Below are positions 27,638-37,272 of a stretch of DNA of 64,000 nt, piece after piece. The DNA is taken from assembly GCA_046583315.1 (NCBI GenBank), contig JAYGCN010000052.1, forward strand, positions 15,236 to 79,235, written 5' to 3'. How positions within the stretch are numbered: the first letter of the stretch is position 1; each line of letters starts with the position of its first letter. A program made the position numbers and the translations under genes. The notes under the pieces are model-generated. The model was given only the letters and a program-made list of their open reading frames with translations, ran no database searches and had not been told where the DNA came from. Source of the stretch: Candidatus Hydrogenedentota bacterium (GTDB lineage: Bacteria; Hydrogenedentota; Hydrogenedentia; Hydrogenedentales; GCA-2746185).

Positions 27638-28102
27638 TTACTTAACCTTCATCACAACGATTAGATCGCCGTCCGTCAATTTCAGTCCGCCCAAGTTCAG
27701 ATGTTTTCCCGGAGCCATCACCAATACGGTGTCCAACGCTTTAACGGGATCCGAATCTTTCTTGGACTGCATGAGTATCTGCGTTTTCAGTCGGATTCGA
27801 CCTTGATCGTCAATCGACGTGGGTTCGACCACGAGAGAATAGCGCTGGTTAATGTAGAAGGTCGTTTTTTCGCCGAAGGGAATGACGGCGTTGGACGAAC
27901 CAATCTTTTCGAAGGTGTCGTAACTGAGCGAGGCGATTGCCGACTTTACTTTTTCGAGGCCTTTACTGAAGGTCTTGTGCGGGGTACCCTTGTTTGATGC
28001 CTGTACAGACACAACGGTGATCTCGACGGGTGCCGGATCGGTCATCGCGTAGGACAGGCCGCTCAGCCAAAGGAGCGCCGTTATAAAAGCAAGATGCCTC
28101 AC
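27638..28102 (-). CDS. Secreted hypothetical protein, last gene of the ECF sigma / anti-sigma operon
   Basis: Signal peptide MRHLAFITALLWLSGLSYA. Its GTG start overlaps the anti-sigma TAG stop by 1 nt. No recognisable family motif. Confidence 0.55.
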   Translation of the reverse strand: MRHLAFITALLWLSGLSYAMTDPAPVEITVVSVQASNKGTPHKTFSKGLEKVKSAIASLSYDTFEKIGSSNAVIPFGEKTTFYINQRYSLVVEPTSIDDQGRIRLKTQILMQSKKDSDPVKALDTVLVMAPGKHLNLGGLKLTDGDLIVVMKVK

Positions 28103-28596
28103 TACAGCTCTCCATCCTCAGGTGCATTCAGCCAAATTGTTGGCGTACCACTGTCAGGTGCATTCAGCCAAATTGTTGGCGTACCACTGTCGGTGTAGAG
28201 CAATTCTGCCGACGCACCATCAATGTCCGTTGAGTAGGTTTCAACAATCGTGTCCGCCGCAACGGGAGCGGGGCCTTCGGAGGTAATGGTCATCATGGAC
28301 ACGGCCACAATGACGGCTGCCGCTGAAACGGATGCCATGGCCCATAATCCGGCGTGGCGACGTTTGGGCGCATGTACCCCCTCAGAGATTCCCGCGAGAA
28401 AAGCCGGCATCTGTGCATCGTCGATGGTGGGTGTTTCAGGAAGTGCTTCGAGCGATGCACGGCAGGTCTTCATAAAAGTGAGATGTTTCTGACAGGTTGT
28501 GCAGTGTTCAATATGCGATTCGAGTTGTGGGTCATTCGGCTGTTCCCCGTCGAACCAGCGTTCCACATCGTTTTCGTGTGTACATGTCGATTTCAT
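28102..28596 (-). CDS. Anti-sigma factor (zf-HC2 type, single-pass membrane)
   Basis: N-terminal HxxxCxxC (HIEHCTTCQKH), a central TM segment (LWAMASVSAAAVIVAVSMM), and a position directly after an ECF sigma gene (TAAATG junction). Confidence 0.8.
   Translation of the reverse strand: MKSTCTHENDVERWFDGEQPNDPQLESHIEHCTTCQKHLTFMKTCRASLEALPETPTIDDAQMPAFLAGISEGVHAPKRRHAGLWAMASVSAAAVIVAVSMMTITSEGPAPVAADTIVETYSTDIDGASAELLYTDSGTPTIWLNAPDSGTPTIWLNAPEDGEL
28120..28191. repeat. Perfect 36-bp tandem duplication inside the anti-sigma gene
   Basis: 28120-28155 is identical to 28156-28191 (aggtgcattcagccaaattgttggcgtaccactgtc). It encodes SGTPTIWLNAP twice in the extracytoplasmic C-terminus. Confidence 0.95.
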
Positions 28597-29211
28597 TTAT
28601 CGATCCTCCATGACGCCCATGTCGAGCAGCGTCTGTTGCAGTTTCTTCCTAGCATGGTGCAAGCGACTCATCACCGTGCCCAAACTGCATTTCATGACTT
28701 CCGCCATGTTTTCATACGATAACCCTTCTAGTTCCCGTAATACAAAAGCCGTTTTATGTTTATCCGAAAGTGTGTCCAGCGCCTGCGTAATGCGCTGGCC
28801 GAGTTCGGATGATGCCATCGATTCATCCGGGCGAGCCGCAACACTTTCAAAGCGCGCCTCGGGCATCGAGTCATCGAGTGATATCGTCTTCAATTTTCGT
28901 TTTTTGAAAAAGTCTTTACAGCGATTCGCCGTGATGCGCAAGATCCAGGTCTTGAAACTTGAGTCGCCACGAAACGAGCCTATTGCCCGGTGTGCTTTGA
29001 TGAACACTTCCTGCGAAATATCCCAGGCGTCTTCACGATTGCGCACGTAGTGATAGGCCAATCCATAGACATCGTTGCGATACCGTCGAACCAATTCTTC
29101 AAATGCGGCGTAATCACCCGTCCGGGCATCTCCGGTGAGCGTTTGATCATCGGCTTCGCGCAACTCGGCGTACGATTTGGAATCTTTCGATTCGACCATA
29201 AAATCATCCAT
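28597..29211 (-). CDS. ECF-type RNA polymerase sigma factor (sigma-70 family)
   Basis: Region 2 (YRNDVYGLAYHYVRNREDAWDISQEVFIKAH) and region 4 (LSYENMAEVMKCSLGTVMSRLHHARKKL). The start is uncertain: ATG 29211 is chosen, but the ORF is open to 29283. Confidence 0.88.
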   Translation of the reverse strand: MDDFMVESKDSKSYAELREADDQTLTGDARTGDYAAFEELVRRYRNDVYGLAYHYVRNREDAWDISQEVFIKAHRAIGSFRGDSSFKTWILRITANRCKDFFKKRKLKTISLDDSMPEARFESVAARPDESMASSELGQRITQALDTLSDKHKTAFVLRELEGLSYENMAEVMKCSLGTVMSRLHHARKKLQQTLLDMGVMEDR

Positions 29212-29447
29212 CAACAGGCTGAGTTCAACGGCTTCGCTCACATCTTCGCTCCCGGGTTGTTGATTACACCCAACTAGACGCAAACCGTTGAGGGATATTC
29301 ACTTCCAGCCTTCTATTTATAAGTAAAAATTGCCCATCCGTTATAATATACTGATAATAAAGGGCTTAGCTTGCTGTAGTCAAGTGATTTTCTTGCATGC
29401 TTATACTCAAAATCGGTACCCTGTGTGTCCAAACGAGGAGGAAATAC

Positions 29448-30137
29448 ATGTCAACTACACCCGAAATCGAAACCATGTCCCTGGACGAAGCCATCTATGC
29501 ACGTCGCTCCGTTCGAGGTTATCTGGATAAACCTGTGCCGCAGGAAGTGCTCAACGAGGTATTCGCCCTGGCGCAACGTACTCCGTCCAATTGCAACATT
29601 CAGCCTTGGAAGGTATTTGTTGCCTCCGGGGAAGTCCGTGATCGGCTGCGCGAAAAAATGATTCACAATGTGACCAACGGTATCGCGCCCAAAGCCGATG
29701 TACCGTATCCTGGCAAATTCGAGGGGGAATATCGTAAACGCCAAGTCGACTGCGCTTTCGAGATGTACGGTGAAATGGGCATTGCCCGCGAAGACAAAGA
29801 AGGCCGTATGCGCGCATCCCTTCGCAACTTTGAACTCTTCGATGCGCCGCACGTCGCTTTCATCGGCATGGAAAGCACTTTCGGGACAACCGTCGGTCTT
29901 GATGTCGGCATGTACATGCAGACCCTCATGCTCGCCATGGCCTCCCGCGGCATCGCCAGTTGTGCCCAGGGCAGCATGCGCTCCTACCCCGACCTCGTGC
30001 GCGAAGAATTCCCCGGCAACGATAACATCGACATCCTCGTCGGCATGTCCTTCGGCTACGAAGACGCGGAAGTATTGGCCAACAACACCCGAATCGATCG
30101 CGACCCGATAGATGCGAGCGTGACGTTCAAGGGGTAG
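29448..30137 (+). CDS. Nitroreductase-family FMN oxidoreductase
   Basis: AIYARRSVRGY motif and PSNCNIQPW. ATG 29448 is preceded by GAGGAGG. The ORF-track start at 29397 is probably too early. Confidence 0.85.
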   Translation: MSTTPEIETMSLDEAIYARRSVRGYLDKPVPQEVLNEVFALAQRTPSNCNIQPWKVFVASGEVRDRLREKMIHNVTNGIAPKADVPYPGKFEGEYRKRQVDCAFEMYGEMGIAREDKEGRMRASLRNFELFDAPHVAFIGMESTFGTTVGLDVGMYMQTLMLAMASRGIASCAQGSMRSYPDLVREEFPGNDNIDILVGMSFGYEDAEVLANNTRIDRDPIDASVTFKG

Positions 30138-30170
30138 GGCAATACCTCAATCAAGGATGCAAAGCATCCG

Positions 30171-30214
30171 CCGGTCTTTCTTTTCTTTCTTCCCAGAAAG
30201 AAAAGAAAGACCGG
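30171..30214. terminator. Perfect 20-bp-stem hairpin (bidirectional terminator candidate) between convergent genes
   Basis: CCGGTCTTTCTTTTCTTTCT (30171-30190), TCCC loop, AGAAAGAAAAGAAAGACCGG (30195-30214). A second small hairpin GGATGC-AAA-GCATCC lies at 30155-30169. No long T-tract follows. Confidence 0.6.
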
Positions 30215-30221
30215 TTTGCTC

Positions 30222-31199
30222 TTAGGAGTGGCGTATCAACACGAATTCTGCGCATTCGCGCATGGTGTCGACGTAGTGGGAGGGGGGGAGTGCTTCGAGG
30301 GCGGTGATGCCTGAGTTGACGTAGTCGCGGCACAAATTAACGACCTTGTCGGTCGCGCCGGTGGACTGCATTTGGTCATGAATCCAGGTACGGTCGTCTT
30401 CGGTAAGGGCGTTGCCGAGCAGGGATTCGAGGCGCGCTTGGTCGGCATCATTCATGGCTGTTTTCATCTCGATGATCGGCAGCGTTGTTTTGCCTTCAAC
30501 GATGTCTCCGCAGGACGGTTTTCCGAGCGTTTCTTCGGTTTCCGTGAGGTCGATGACATCATCGATGAGCTGGAATGCGGTGCCCATGCCCATGCCGTAG
30601 TCGTAGAGTGGCTTGCGATGGGTTTCATCGAGCAGCAGTGATGGCGTTGAGCAGGCTACGGCGAACAGACTGGCCGTTTTCTTTTCGGAAAGTCGTATGC
30701 AATCTTCCGCGTTCAGATTTTCTTTGCCGCGACCGAAGTTGATGAGTTCGCCCTCGGCCATTTGGTGGATGGAATCGAGCGCACTGACGATGACCTGGCA
30801 ATTGTCGTAGGCTGTCATGATGCTGAGCGCGCGCGCGACCAGATAGTCTCCGCCGAGTACAGCGGTATGGTTGTCCCACAGGCGATTGAGCGATGTTTCG
30901 CCGCGGCGCGTATCGGCGCTGTCCACCACATCATCGTGCGCGAGCGCGGCCAGGTGTAGCAATTCCATGCCGGCGGCCATTTCGGTGAAGTGATCAAGAT
31001 TATCGGCACCGCATGCGCCGGCAGACAAGAAACACAGCGCGGGACGCATGAGTTTTCCGCCGAGCCGCGGCGGGGTCACTTCGGGTCCATAGACCAGTTG
31101 GAAGGCATCGGTCCATTCGCGTGTGACGGTTTCGCGGACGCGATCCAGCTGAGGATCGATGGATTCGAAGAGCAATTTGAGGGACAGTGTGGAAGACAT
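30222..31199 (-). CDS. Polyprenyl diphosphate synthase (IspB/octaprenyl-type trans-prenyltransferase)
   Basis: First and second aspartate-rich motifs LAALAHDDVVD and FQLIDDVID. Confidence 0.88.
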   Translation of the reverse strand: MSSTLSLKLLFESIDPQLDRVRETVTREWTDAFQLVYGPEVTPPRLGGKLMRPALCFLSAGACGADNLDHFTEMAAGMELLHLAALAHDDVVDSADTRRGETSLNRLWDNHTAVLGGDYLVARALSIMTAYDNCQVIVSALDSIHQMAEGELINFGRGKENLNAEDCIRLSEKKTASLFAVACSTPSLLLDETHRKPLYDYGMGMGTAFQLIDDVIDLTETEETLGKPSCGDIVEGKTTLPIIEMKTAMNDADQARLESLLGNALTEDDRTWIHDQMQSTGATDKVVNLCRDYVNSGITALEALPPSHYVDTMRECAEFVLIRHS

Positions 31200-31253
31200 C
31201 GGAGGATTATAGCATACGCCCGCGGGCCGAAAAAGGTCTCGTGTGTGGGGCGG

Positions 31254-33524
31254 CTACTCAGCTGTGGCGCGTACGAACTGTATTTCCAGCGGGATATTCG
31301 TGGCGGCGGAACGTGGAATCGTTATCGAAGCCACGCCATTGGAGAGCGTCCAGGGCGTATCTTGGGAGTCGATGGTGACGGACGAGACGTTGAGAACATC
31401 CGGGACGAGGATGTGAATGTTGTAGTCGTCGAGGGAAGGTGTGAGCGATCCGTGCAAGCGCATCGTGTCAGATTTCCAGCCTGTTTTAAGTTGGTCGGGC
31501 GTGCTGGATGCGATTGAACGTGACGTGCCGAGCAGCAAGGGGACTCCCCGGAATTCGCGTAGCAACAGCGTGCGCACTTGTCCGGCGGATACGTTGATGT
31601 TGACCTGGTTGCTGGCGTTTCCATAATACCGCTGTTGATCGAGATCGAAGAGGGTGTATTTTGTAGCTCGGCGTTGCCGGGATTCCCCTAACGGCAGGGT
31701 CACAGTTCTGGTTTTGTCGCCGTGTACGTTTTGAATGCTCGCGAGCAGCCATTGGCCCGAAGTTTCTGTTCCACGCTTGAGCCAGATCGCTGGCGGATCG
31801 GCTAGAAAGAGGTCGCGTGGTTTGGCCGGATGCAACAAGGGGGGAAGGAATATCGATGTGCGGGTATCGGCCTCCCATGCGGTGTCGAGCGTCTCAATAG
31901 TTTCTATCAAGTTTACGGCCATGATGCCCGCTTGGGGATAGGTCAATTCATTTTCGCCTGAACGATTTAGGGTATATCGATGCCCCAGATGAGGCGCGTA
32001 GGAAAATTTGGAGAACTCGTTGTGACTTTCGAGATGGCCCGTGTAGGGGAAGGTTGGAAGGAGATGGGAGGGATTGAGAATTATCGGAGTGGTCGGGGTT
32101 ACTGAAGCTCTGAGCGTTGCCATTGCCATACGCGCGATTTCGATTTTGGTTAAATGGTCGCCGGATTGGAACCCATATTCGTCGGTTTGGAGCTCACTAT
32201 CCGTAAAGTTCCATACGAGGCTTCTTGTGTACAGATCGAGATCGATGCCCCATATTGAATCGAAACCAATCGTTTTCTGACGTTCCTTCAATCGTTGCAT
32301 TAGCCAACTACTCGCTATCAGGTTTGTGACATCCAGCAAGTCGTGTGAGATCGTCGAGGATGAGTACATGGAGGTGGGTTCATGAACAAACCAGTCGGGA
32401 TTCTGTTTTACTTCGTCCGATTGGATAGGAAACTCGAAGGGGTTGCCGAATAATCCGACTCGAAACCCGTGCTGTCGAATAAGGCTGGCGTGGGTGGCGA
32501 GAGACCTATCGCTGACGGAATAGGGGTACTCCGGCGGTCGTCCAATGATAAAACGAATTTGTTCTGCGTGTGCGCCGCTCGACTCAATTCGTTCGATGGC
32601 ATCCAACAGTACGGCGCGATATTCTTCGTCGGTCGGGTACTCATGCATGACCAGAATATTTCGTGCCGGAGTTTTCGTGTAAACGGGAATGCGGTTTGTG
32701 ACCGCGATGGCTTTTGCGTATCGCTCCAGAGCGAGGAGCGGGTCGGATTCTGCGATGGCGAGATAGAGTATTTCGGATTCGAGGACTTCTCCCGGATTAA
32801 CGGTGGCGGGCGGATCGTAGATGTTGGTCGCGCGCATATAGTTGAAATGGTTGGGTTCGTCGTCAAGCGACTGTATGTGTACTGTATTGAAGGCGCGTGC
32901 CTGCGTGGTAAACCCGGCGATCAGGGATTGGCCTGTGTGCGGGTTTAGCAAGGCCATCATGTTGGCGGCCTGTCCGTTCTGGGTGGCGAGCGCTCGTGAA
33001 TCTTTTCCCATGCCATCGAGCAGCATGATAGAGTCCGCCGTGCCTGCGCCGAGAATTACGCTGCCCTTTCGTGGGTCGCCTATCGCCCAAGGGATCAATT
33101 GTTTGATGTGTACTGGTTTTTTGGAGTTGTTGATGTACGCGAGTTGCACAGCGAGGTAAGGTTTGGTGGGATAGGCTTGCAGTGTCCATTGGATGTCATT
33201 GAATCGAATCCGCATGCCCTGACCGCGTCCCAACGCGTCGTTCACTTCGAAACGTTGGGAATAGCGACCATCGAGACGTACCGCTTCCGGTTTTTTCTTG
33301 CCCGCGAACCAGACCATCGGGAAGGCATCAACAAAAATGGGTGCACCGGCAGAGGTGGTAATGTCCACCCGACCGTTTTTCTGGATGGATATGTGGTATT
33401 GGCCTGTGTTTAGTGAACGATATTCACGGCCGGGACCGAATACTTGCGCCGACACGATGCTCGTGCACAGCAGGAGTGCCAGCATCGCTATAGCGCACCG
33501 TTGATATCGATTTGCGGACAGCAT
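31254..33524 (-). CDS. Secreted hypothetical protein, possibly a GH36/alpha-galactosidase-like glycoside hydrolase
   Basis: Signal peptide (AMLALLLCTSIVSAQ). The central segment GLFGNPFEF...NPDWFVHE...LLDVTN...GFDSIWGIDLD loosely resembles the melibiase TIM-barrel pattern. This is a motif-level impression only. Confidence 0.35.
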   Translation of the reverse strand: MLSANRYQRCAIAMLALLLCTSIVSAQVFGPGREYRSLNTGQYHISIQKNGRVDITTSAGAPIFVDAFPMVWFAGKKKPEAVRLDGRYSQRFEVNDALGRGQGMRIRFNDIQWTLQAYPTKPYLAVQLAYINNSKKPVHIKQLIPWAIGDPRKGSVILGAGTADSIMLLDGMGKDSRALATQNGQAANMMALLNPHTGQSLIAGFTTQARAFNTVHIQSLDDEPNHFNYMRATNIYDPPATVNPGEVLESEILYLAIAESDPLLALERYAKAIAVTNRIPVYTKTPARNILVMHEYPTDEEYRAVLLDAIERIESSGAHAEQIRFIIGRPPEYPYSVSDRSLATHASLIRQHGFRVGLFGNPFEFPIQSDEVKQNPDWFVHEPTSMYSSSTISHDLLDVTNLIASSWLMQRLKERQKTIGFDSIWGIDLDLYTRSLVWNFTDSELQTDEYGFQSGDHLTKIEIARMAMATLRASVTPTTPIILNPSHLLPTFPYTGHLESHNEFSKFSYAPHLGHRYTLNRSGENELTYPQAGIMAVNLIETIETLDTAWEADTRTSIFLPPLLHPAKPRDLFLADPPAIWLKRGTETSGQWLLASIQNVHGDKTRTVTLPLGESRQRRATKYTLFDLDQQRYYGNASNQVNINVSAGQVRTLLLREFRGVPLLLGTSRSIASSTPDQLKTGWKSDTMRLHGSLTPSLDDYNIHILVPDVLNVSSVTIDSQDTPWTLSNGVASITIPRSAATNIPLEIQFVRATAE

Positions 33525-33526
33525 AA

Positions 33527-34558
33527 TTATTTCAACGTGACTTTCTTGCCGTTATCGCTGGATTTATATGCGGCCAAGGCGACTTCGAGCGCGTTACGCC
33601 CGACCTGACCCGTCATTGTTTGTTTCTCTTTGCCTTCAATGACATCGATCCAGTGTTTGATTTCGACATCCCAGCCGCCACGGGTCGGGTTCTTATCGAG
33701 CGTCTTCCATTTTACCGAACCGTCCTTGCCAGCGGACGCGTTACCTTGGCAGAGCTGTAAGCCTTTGATGTAATCGCAGATGAGCGTGCCTTCGGTGCCG
33801 TAGATTTCCACGCCCGCGAATCCCGGCTGACTCGTCCAGCCGACTTCGATGTATCCGAGCGCGCCGTTTTTGTATTCGATTTGCAGTAGCGCGTTGTCGT
33901 CTACTGGAATCTTCTTGACCACGGTGCGTGCCATGGCGTTGATTGATTTTATCGGACCCATCATCCACAGCGACAAGTCGATCGCGTGGATACCCATGTC
34001 TAGTAGGGCACCACCGGCCGCGAGTTTAGGGTTGTAGAACCAGGCATTCTTCGCCCAGCTGGGATAGGGACCGCCATGCGCGAAACGCACGCGACACATG
34101 AAGGGTTTTCCGATTTTACCGTCCTGTATCATCTGTTTCGTTTTCTGTGTGCCCGTGAACATGCGGTGTGTAAAACCGATCATCAGTTTTCTGCGATTCT
34201 TTTTCGCCGCCGCAATCATTTTGTCCGCCTGATTCAGATTGATGGCGATCGGTTTTTCGCACAAGACGTGGCATTTTGCATTGAGCGCCGCAATAGTGTT
34301 CTCCGCGTGGAAGGCATTCGGGGTGCAAATGCTGACGATGTCGAGGTCCTCGTTTTTCAGCATGTCCTTGTAATCCGTGTATCCCGTGACCCTGCCGAAA
34401 CGCTCCTTCACCTCGTCATGCCGCTCCGCAGTGGGTTCCGCAAACGCGACGACCTTCGTGCGGCGATCTTTCTTGTATCCTGGAAAGTGGCATTCCTGCG
34501 CAATCGCGCCCGCGCCAATAATGCCGACCGTATATACCTTCTTCGTGCTTGTAGCCAT
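33527..34558 (-). CDS. Gfo/Idh/MocA-family NAD(P)-dependent oxidoreductase
   Basis: Rossmann motif VGIIGAGAIAQ, the EKP motif (VLCEKPIA), and a typical C-terminal alpha/beta domain. Confidence 0.88.
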   Translation of the reverse strand: MATSTKKVYTVGIIGAGAIAQECHFPGYKKDRRTKVVAFAEPTAERHDEVKERFGRVTGYTDYKDMLKNEDLDIVSICTPNAFHAENTIAALNAKCHVLCEKPIAINLNQADKMIAAAKKNRRKLMIGFTHRMFTGTQKTKQMIQDGKIGKPFMCRVRFAHGGPYPSWAKNAWFYNPKLAAGGALLDMGIHAIDLSLWMMGPIKSINAMARTVVKKIPVDDNALLQIEYKNGALGYIEVGWTSQPGFAGVEIYGTEGTLICDYIKGLQLCQGNASAGKDGSVKWKTLDKNPTRGGWDVEIKHWIDVIEGKEKQTMTGQVGRNALEVALAAYKSSDNGKKVTLK

Positions 34559-34791
34559 GTAGCGATGTACTCCTGTGGGGTTATTGCTGAAGTGTAGAGC
34601 GTTAAGTCTAATAGTTAATACGATTCAATACAACTTGGTTGCTTCTTTGACGCGAATCGTGAGGAAGATGGCGGACGAAGGTGGGGAATCTACTTTCCCT
34701 TGGTATATAGGTTGATTTTCGCCTGAATCTTTCTGGAAAGGCTGTCGCATTGGTTGAGGAAGATGAGGAATTTCCGATCGCTGGTGAGGTC

Positions 34792-35982
34792 TTAGTGAGT
34801 GAGTTCTTCGATGGCCTGCAGTTTGATGCGGGTGACTTCGTTTAGGCGTTCTTTGAGTTTCGCGGGACTGGATTCTTCCATCTGCTGTTCTTCGATCCTG
34901 AGCGTATCGGTGAGGTGTTCGTGCATGATGCGATTTTGATTTAACAGGGCGCGTTCACGGAATTTCCTCATTCTTTCGTCGCGTCGACGCCACAGCAGGT
35001 ACAAACCGGCCGCAATGGAGAGGAGAATTTCTTTGGCCCCGGCGAGGAATTGCATCAACGCACCGAAATTCTCGAGGCCCTTGTAGGGCGTGAAATAACT
35101 GAGACTCGCCTCATGCATCGGGAAAATTCGCCATTGTTCGGCTTCGCTGTAGGGGATTAAGGTCGGCAATTTTCGGTCGGCCCGTAGATCGTTCGTGTAG
35201 AGTGCGTCGAGTACGGTTTGAACGAGCAGGGCGTTCGCATCCTCACGTGCGGCCAGGAACGCCATCGTTGACACGGTGGATACGGGCTCCGGCGGAACAG
35301 GTTTATTCTCTGCGAAGAAGCCCCGGGGAATTTCATATTCGGCAAAATAGGCATGGCGCACGGATAGGGTGGCGGCATCTTAAATATTCAGAATCTTGAA
35401 GTCTCCGGTGGACAAGATGCGTTGCAGATCTTGATTCATCAGGCCGGTCGTAATGGTCGCGCCATCGATTTCTGGATGATCTTCCAGGAGTTCGAAGGAA
35501 CCTCGTGCGTGTTCATCCTGCTCGGCGAATTTGAGGTCGTAGTGGTTGACTACCATCATGGCCGCCTGAACCATGCCCGAATGCGTCGGGCCGAGTATGA
35601 TGGTGCGCCCATTCAGATCGAGCATCGAATCGATATCGCGATCGTTGCGCACGACCACGAGGATAACTTCATCAAAGGAGGGGACGAGCCCGGTCAGCCC
35701 ATCCATCGACATGGCACCCGCCTGAAGTATCGCGTTCGCGACGGAGCCGACGGTCGGCAGAATCTCCACGTGATTCGGACCGTTTGGGTCGTTTTCCAAG
35801 GCCGTGGTCAAATGGCTCGCGAATTCATCATAGAGTCCACCCGAATCACCGGCGGCAATGCGTATCGTGTTCGGCAAGGTCTCGCGGGTTACGAACCAGA
35901 TAATGATCGATATGGGGATAATCGAGATGATGAGCGCTATCCACCACCGTTGCATCAGGTATGATTTTGTGAATTTTCCCAT
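34792..35982 (-). pseudogene. TAXI/NMT1-like solute-binding protein homologue interrupted by one in-frame TAA
   Basis: ORFs 35380..35982 and 34792..35361 are in the same frame. They are separated only by TAA (35380-35382) plus six sense codons (DAATLS). The N-part IRIAAGDSGGLYDEF and the C-part YFAEYEIPRGFF...VSTMAFLAAREDA follow the TAXI-family order. Confidence 0.6.
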
Positions 35983-36222
35983 CGCCAGTTGCTCGCTCCC
36001 TGCCGTGTTGACAGAGTTGAGTCTATTTTAATTCTGGGAGGGAGCCAACTCTTTGTCCGCATAATACTGCCTGTCCTGAACAGTGAATCTGGTGCCGTTC
36101 ACCTCAATGAGAACATGCCCATGTACAATCTCCCGCAGCGCTTGTACAGCTTCCGCGACATCCCCTTTCGTTTCCCCGCGTTCTGTCTGATAAATCCGTT
36201 GCACGCCTGCGTTGGCGAGGCG

Positions 36223-37158
36223 TTAGAGGGTTTCGGCGTGGGGGTGGCCGTGGGTGTTTCCGTCGCCGAGGGAGATGATGGCGACTTCGGGGCGGATGAG
36301 CTCGAGGAAGGCGGTGGAGGAGCCGTTGTTGGCGCCGTGGTGATTGACGTGGTAGACATCAATATCGATTCCCTCTTCTACAAGGGCTTGGGCGATGGCG
36401 AGTTCGACTTTGGCATTTTCACTTCCGGCTTTACGTCCGATTATGTCGCCACCGATGAGGTAATCGAAGTCGCCGTACGAGATCAGGAAGCAGAGGGACC
36501 GCTCGTTTTCGGTGTTCACGAAGCGAATGGGGGAGGCCCGGTCGCGTACGAAGCCGTTTGCCGCATACAGTGTCATGGTAGCGCCATCTCCGAGGTCGAT
36601 AGTGAAATCGTCCACTTCGAGTTGGGTATCCAGCGAGATGCGCGTGCCCATGGTATCCGCGATGGCCTCGTATTTCTCGTAGGTGCGTGTATCCGGCTCG
36701 TCATCCTGGCCGCGGTCGATGAAATGGGTGATAATGATGTCGTCAACGTCTCCCTCAACACCGTTTGCGCCGAAAGTGAACGCTGAGCCGTGCACGGCAG
36801 GCCGTCCGCTGATGAGTCCTCCGATATGGTCGGCATCATAGTGGGAGGCGACGAAGTAATCTAAAGTAGACAATCCATATACGGCGAGAACCTCCGCGAC
36901 AATTGCTCCGCCGTCTTTATCGCCTCCGTTGGGGATGTCGCCCGCGTCCATTAAGACTGACACGCGTACGCCGTTCTCTTCGGGGCCCAGTATCAGGGTG
37001 GAATCGCCCTGCCCAATATCGAGGTGGAGGATGGTCAGTTGGTCGGAGGAGACGATATCGGAGATGTTTGACGGAACGTAGCCAACAATTTTCGGATAAT
37101 AGTAATAGCTTGCACCAAGACCGGACAAAATTATCACGAGTAGTATTAGTTTGCGCAC
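36223..37158 (-). CDS. Membrane-anchored MBL-fold metallohydrolase (ComEC C-terminal-domain-like)
   Basis: N-terminal TM segment, then HLDIGQGDS, HYDADHIGG, HVNHHGANNGS and LGDGNTHGHPH metal-ligand motifs. Confidence 0.8.
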   Translation of the reverse strand: MRKLILLVIILSGLGASYYYYPKIVGYVPSNISDIVSSDQLTILHLDIGQGDSTLILGPEENGVRVSVLMDAGDIPNGGDKDGGAIVAEVLAVYGLSTLDYFVASHYDADHIGGLISGRPAVHGSAFTFGANGVEGDVDDIIITHFIDRGQDDEPDTRTYEKYEAIADTMGTRISLDTQLEVDDFTIDLGDGATMTLYAANGFVRDRASPIRFVNTENERSLCFLISYGDFDYLIGGDIIGRKAGSENAKVELAIAQALVEEGIDIDVYHVNHHGANNGSSTAFLELIRPEVAIISLGDGNTHGHPHAETL

Positions 37159-37238
37159 TGTTAATCTCTTTGATTGTGACTACGGTTTCCGGAAATAGAA
37201 TACCTGAAACATCCAGGAAGGTTCCCGAAAAAGAACGG

Positions 37239-37267
37239 TTGAAGTGACGCTTGTTGAACAATATAAT
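37239..37267 (+). promoter_or_regulatory. Candidate sigma-70 promoter of the MarR-family gene, with an embedded palindrome
   Basis: TTGAAG (37239-37244), 17-nt spacer, TATAAT (37262-37267). The palindrome TTGTT-G-AACAA (37251-37261) lies in the spacer. The ATG is only 5 nt after the -10 box. Confidence 0.55.
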
Positions 37268-37272
37268 AAATA

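Noticed and set aside
29284-29447. ECF-type autoregulated promoter (GGAAG...CGTCTA) upstream of the sigma factor gene, and sigma-70 boxes for the nitroreductase gene
   Set aside because: The candidate -35/-10 pairs have non-canonical spacing (over 20 nt) or poor hexamers, so none could be placed convincingly.
34660-34766. 11-nt direct repeat TGAGGAAGATG (34660-34670 and 34756-34766) as a distinct regulatory pair
   Set aside because: There are only two copies in an otherwise unremarkable promoter-containing spacer. It may belong loosely to the GGTG-terminated element family, but the evidence is too thin to call separately.
35989-36786. 265-aa plus-strand ORF
   Set aside because: It is antisense to the MBL-fold hydrolase gene and has a glycine/valine-rich translation without motifs.
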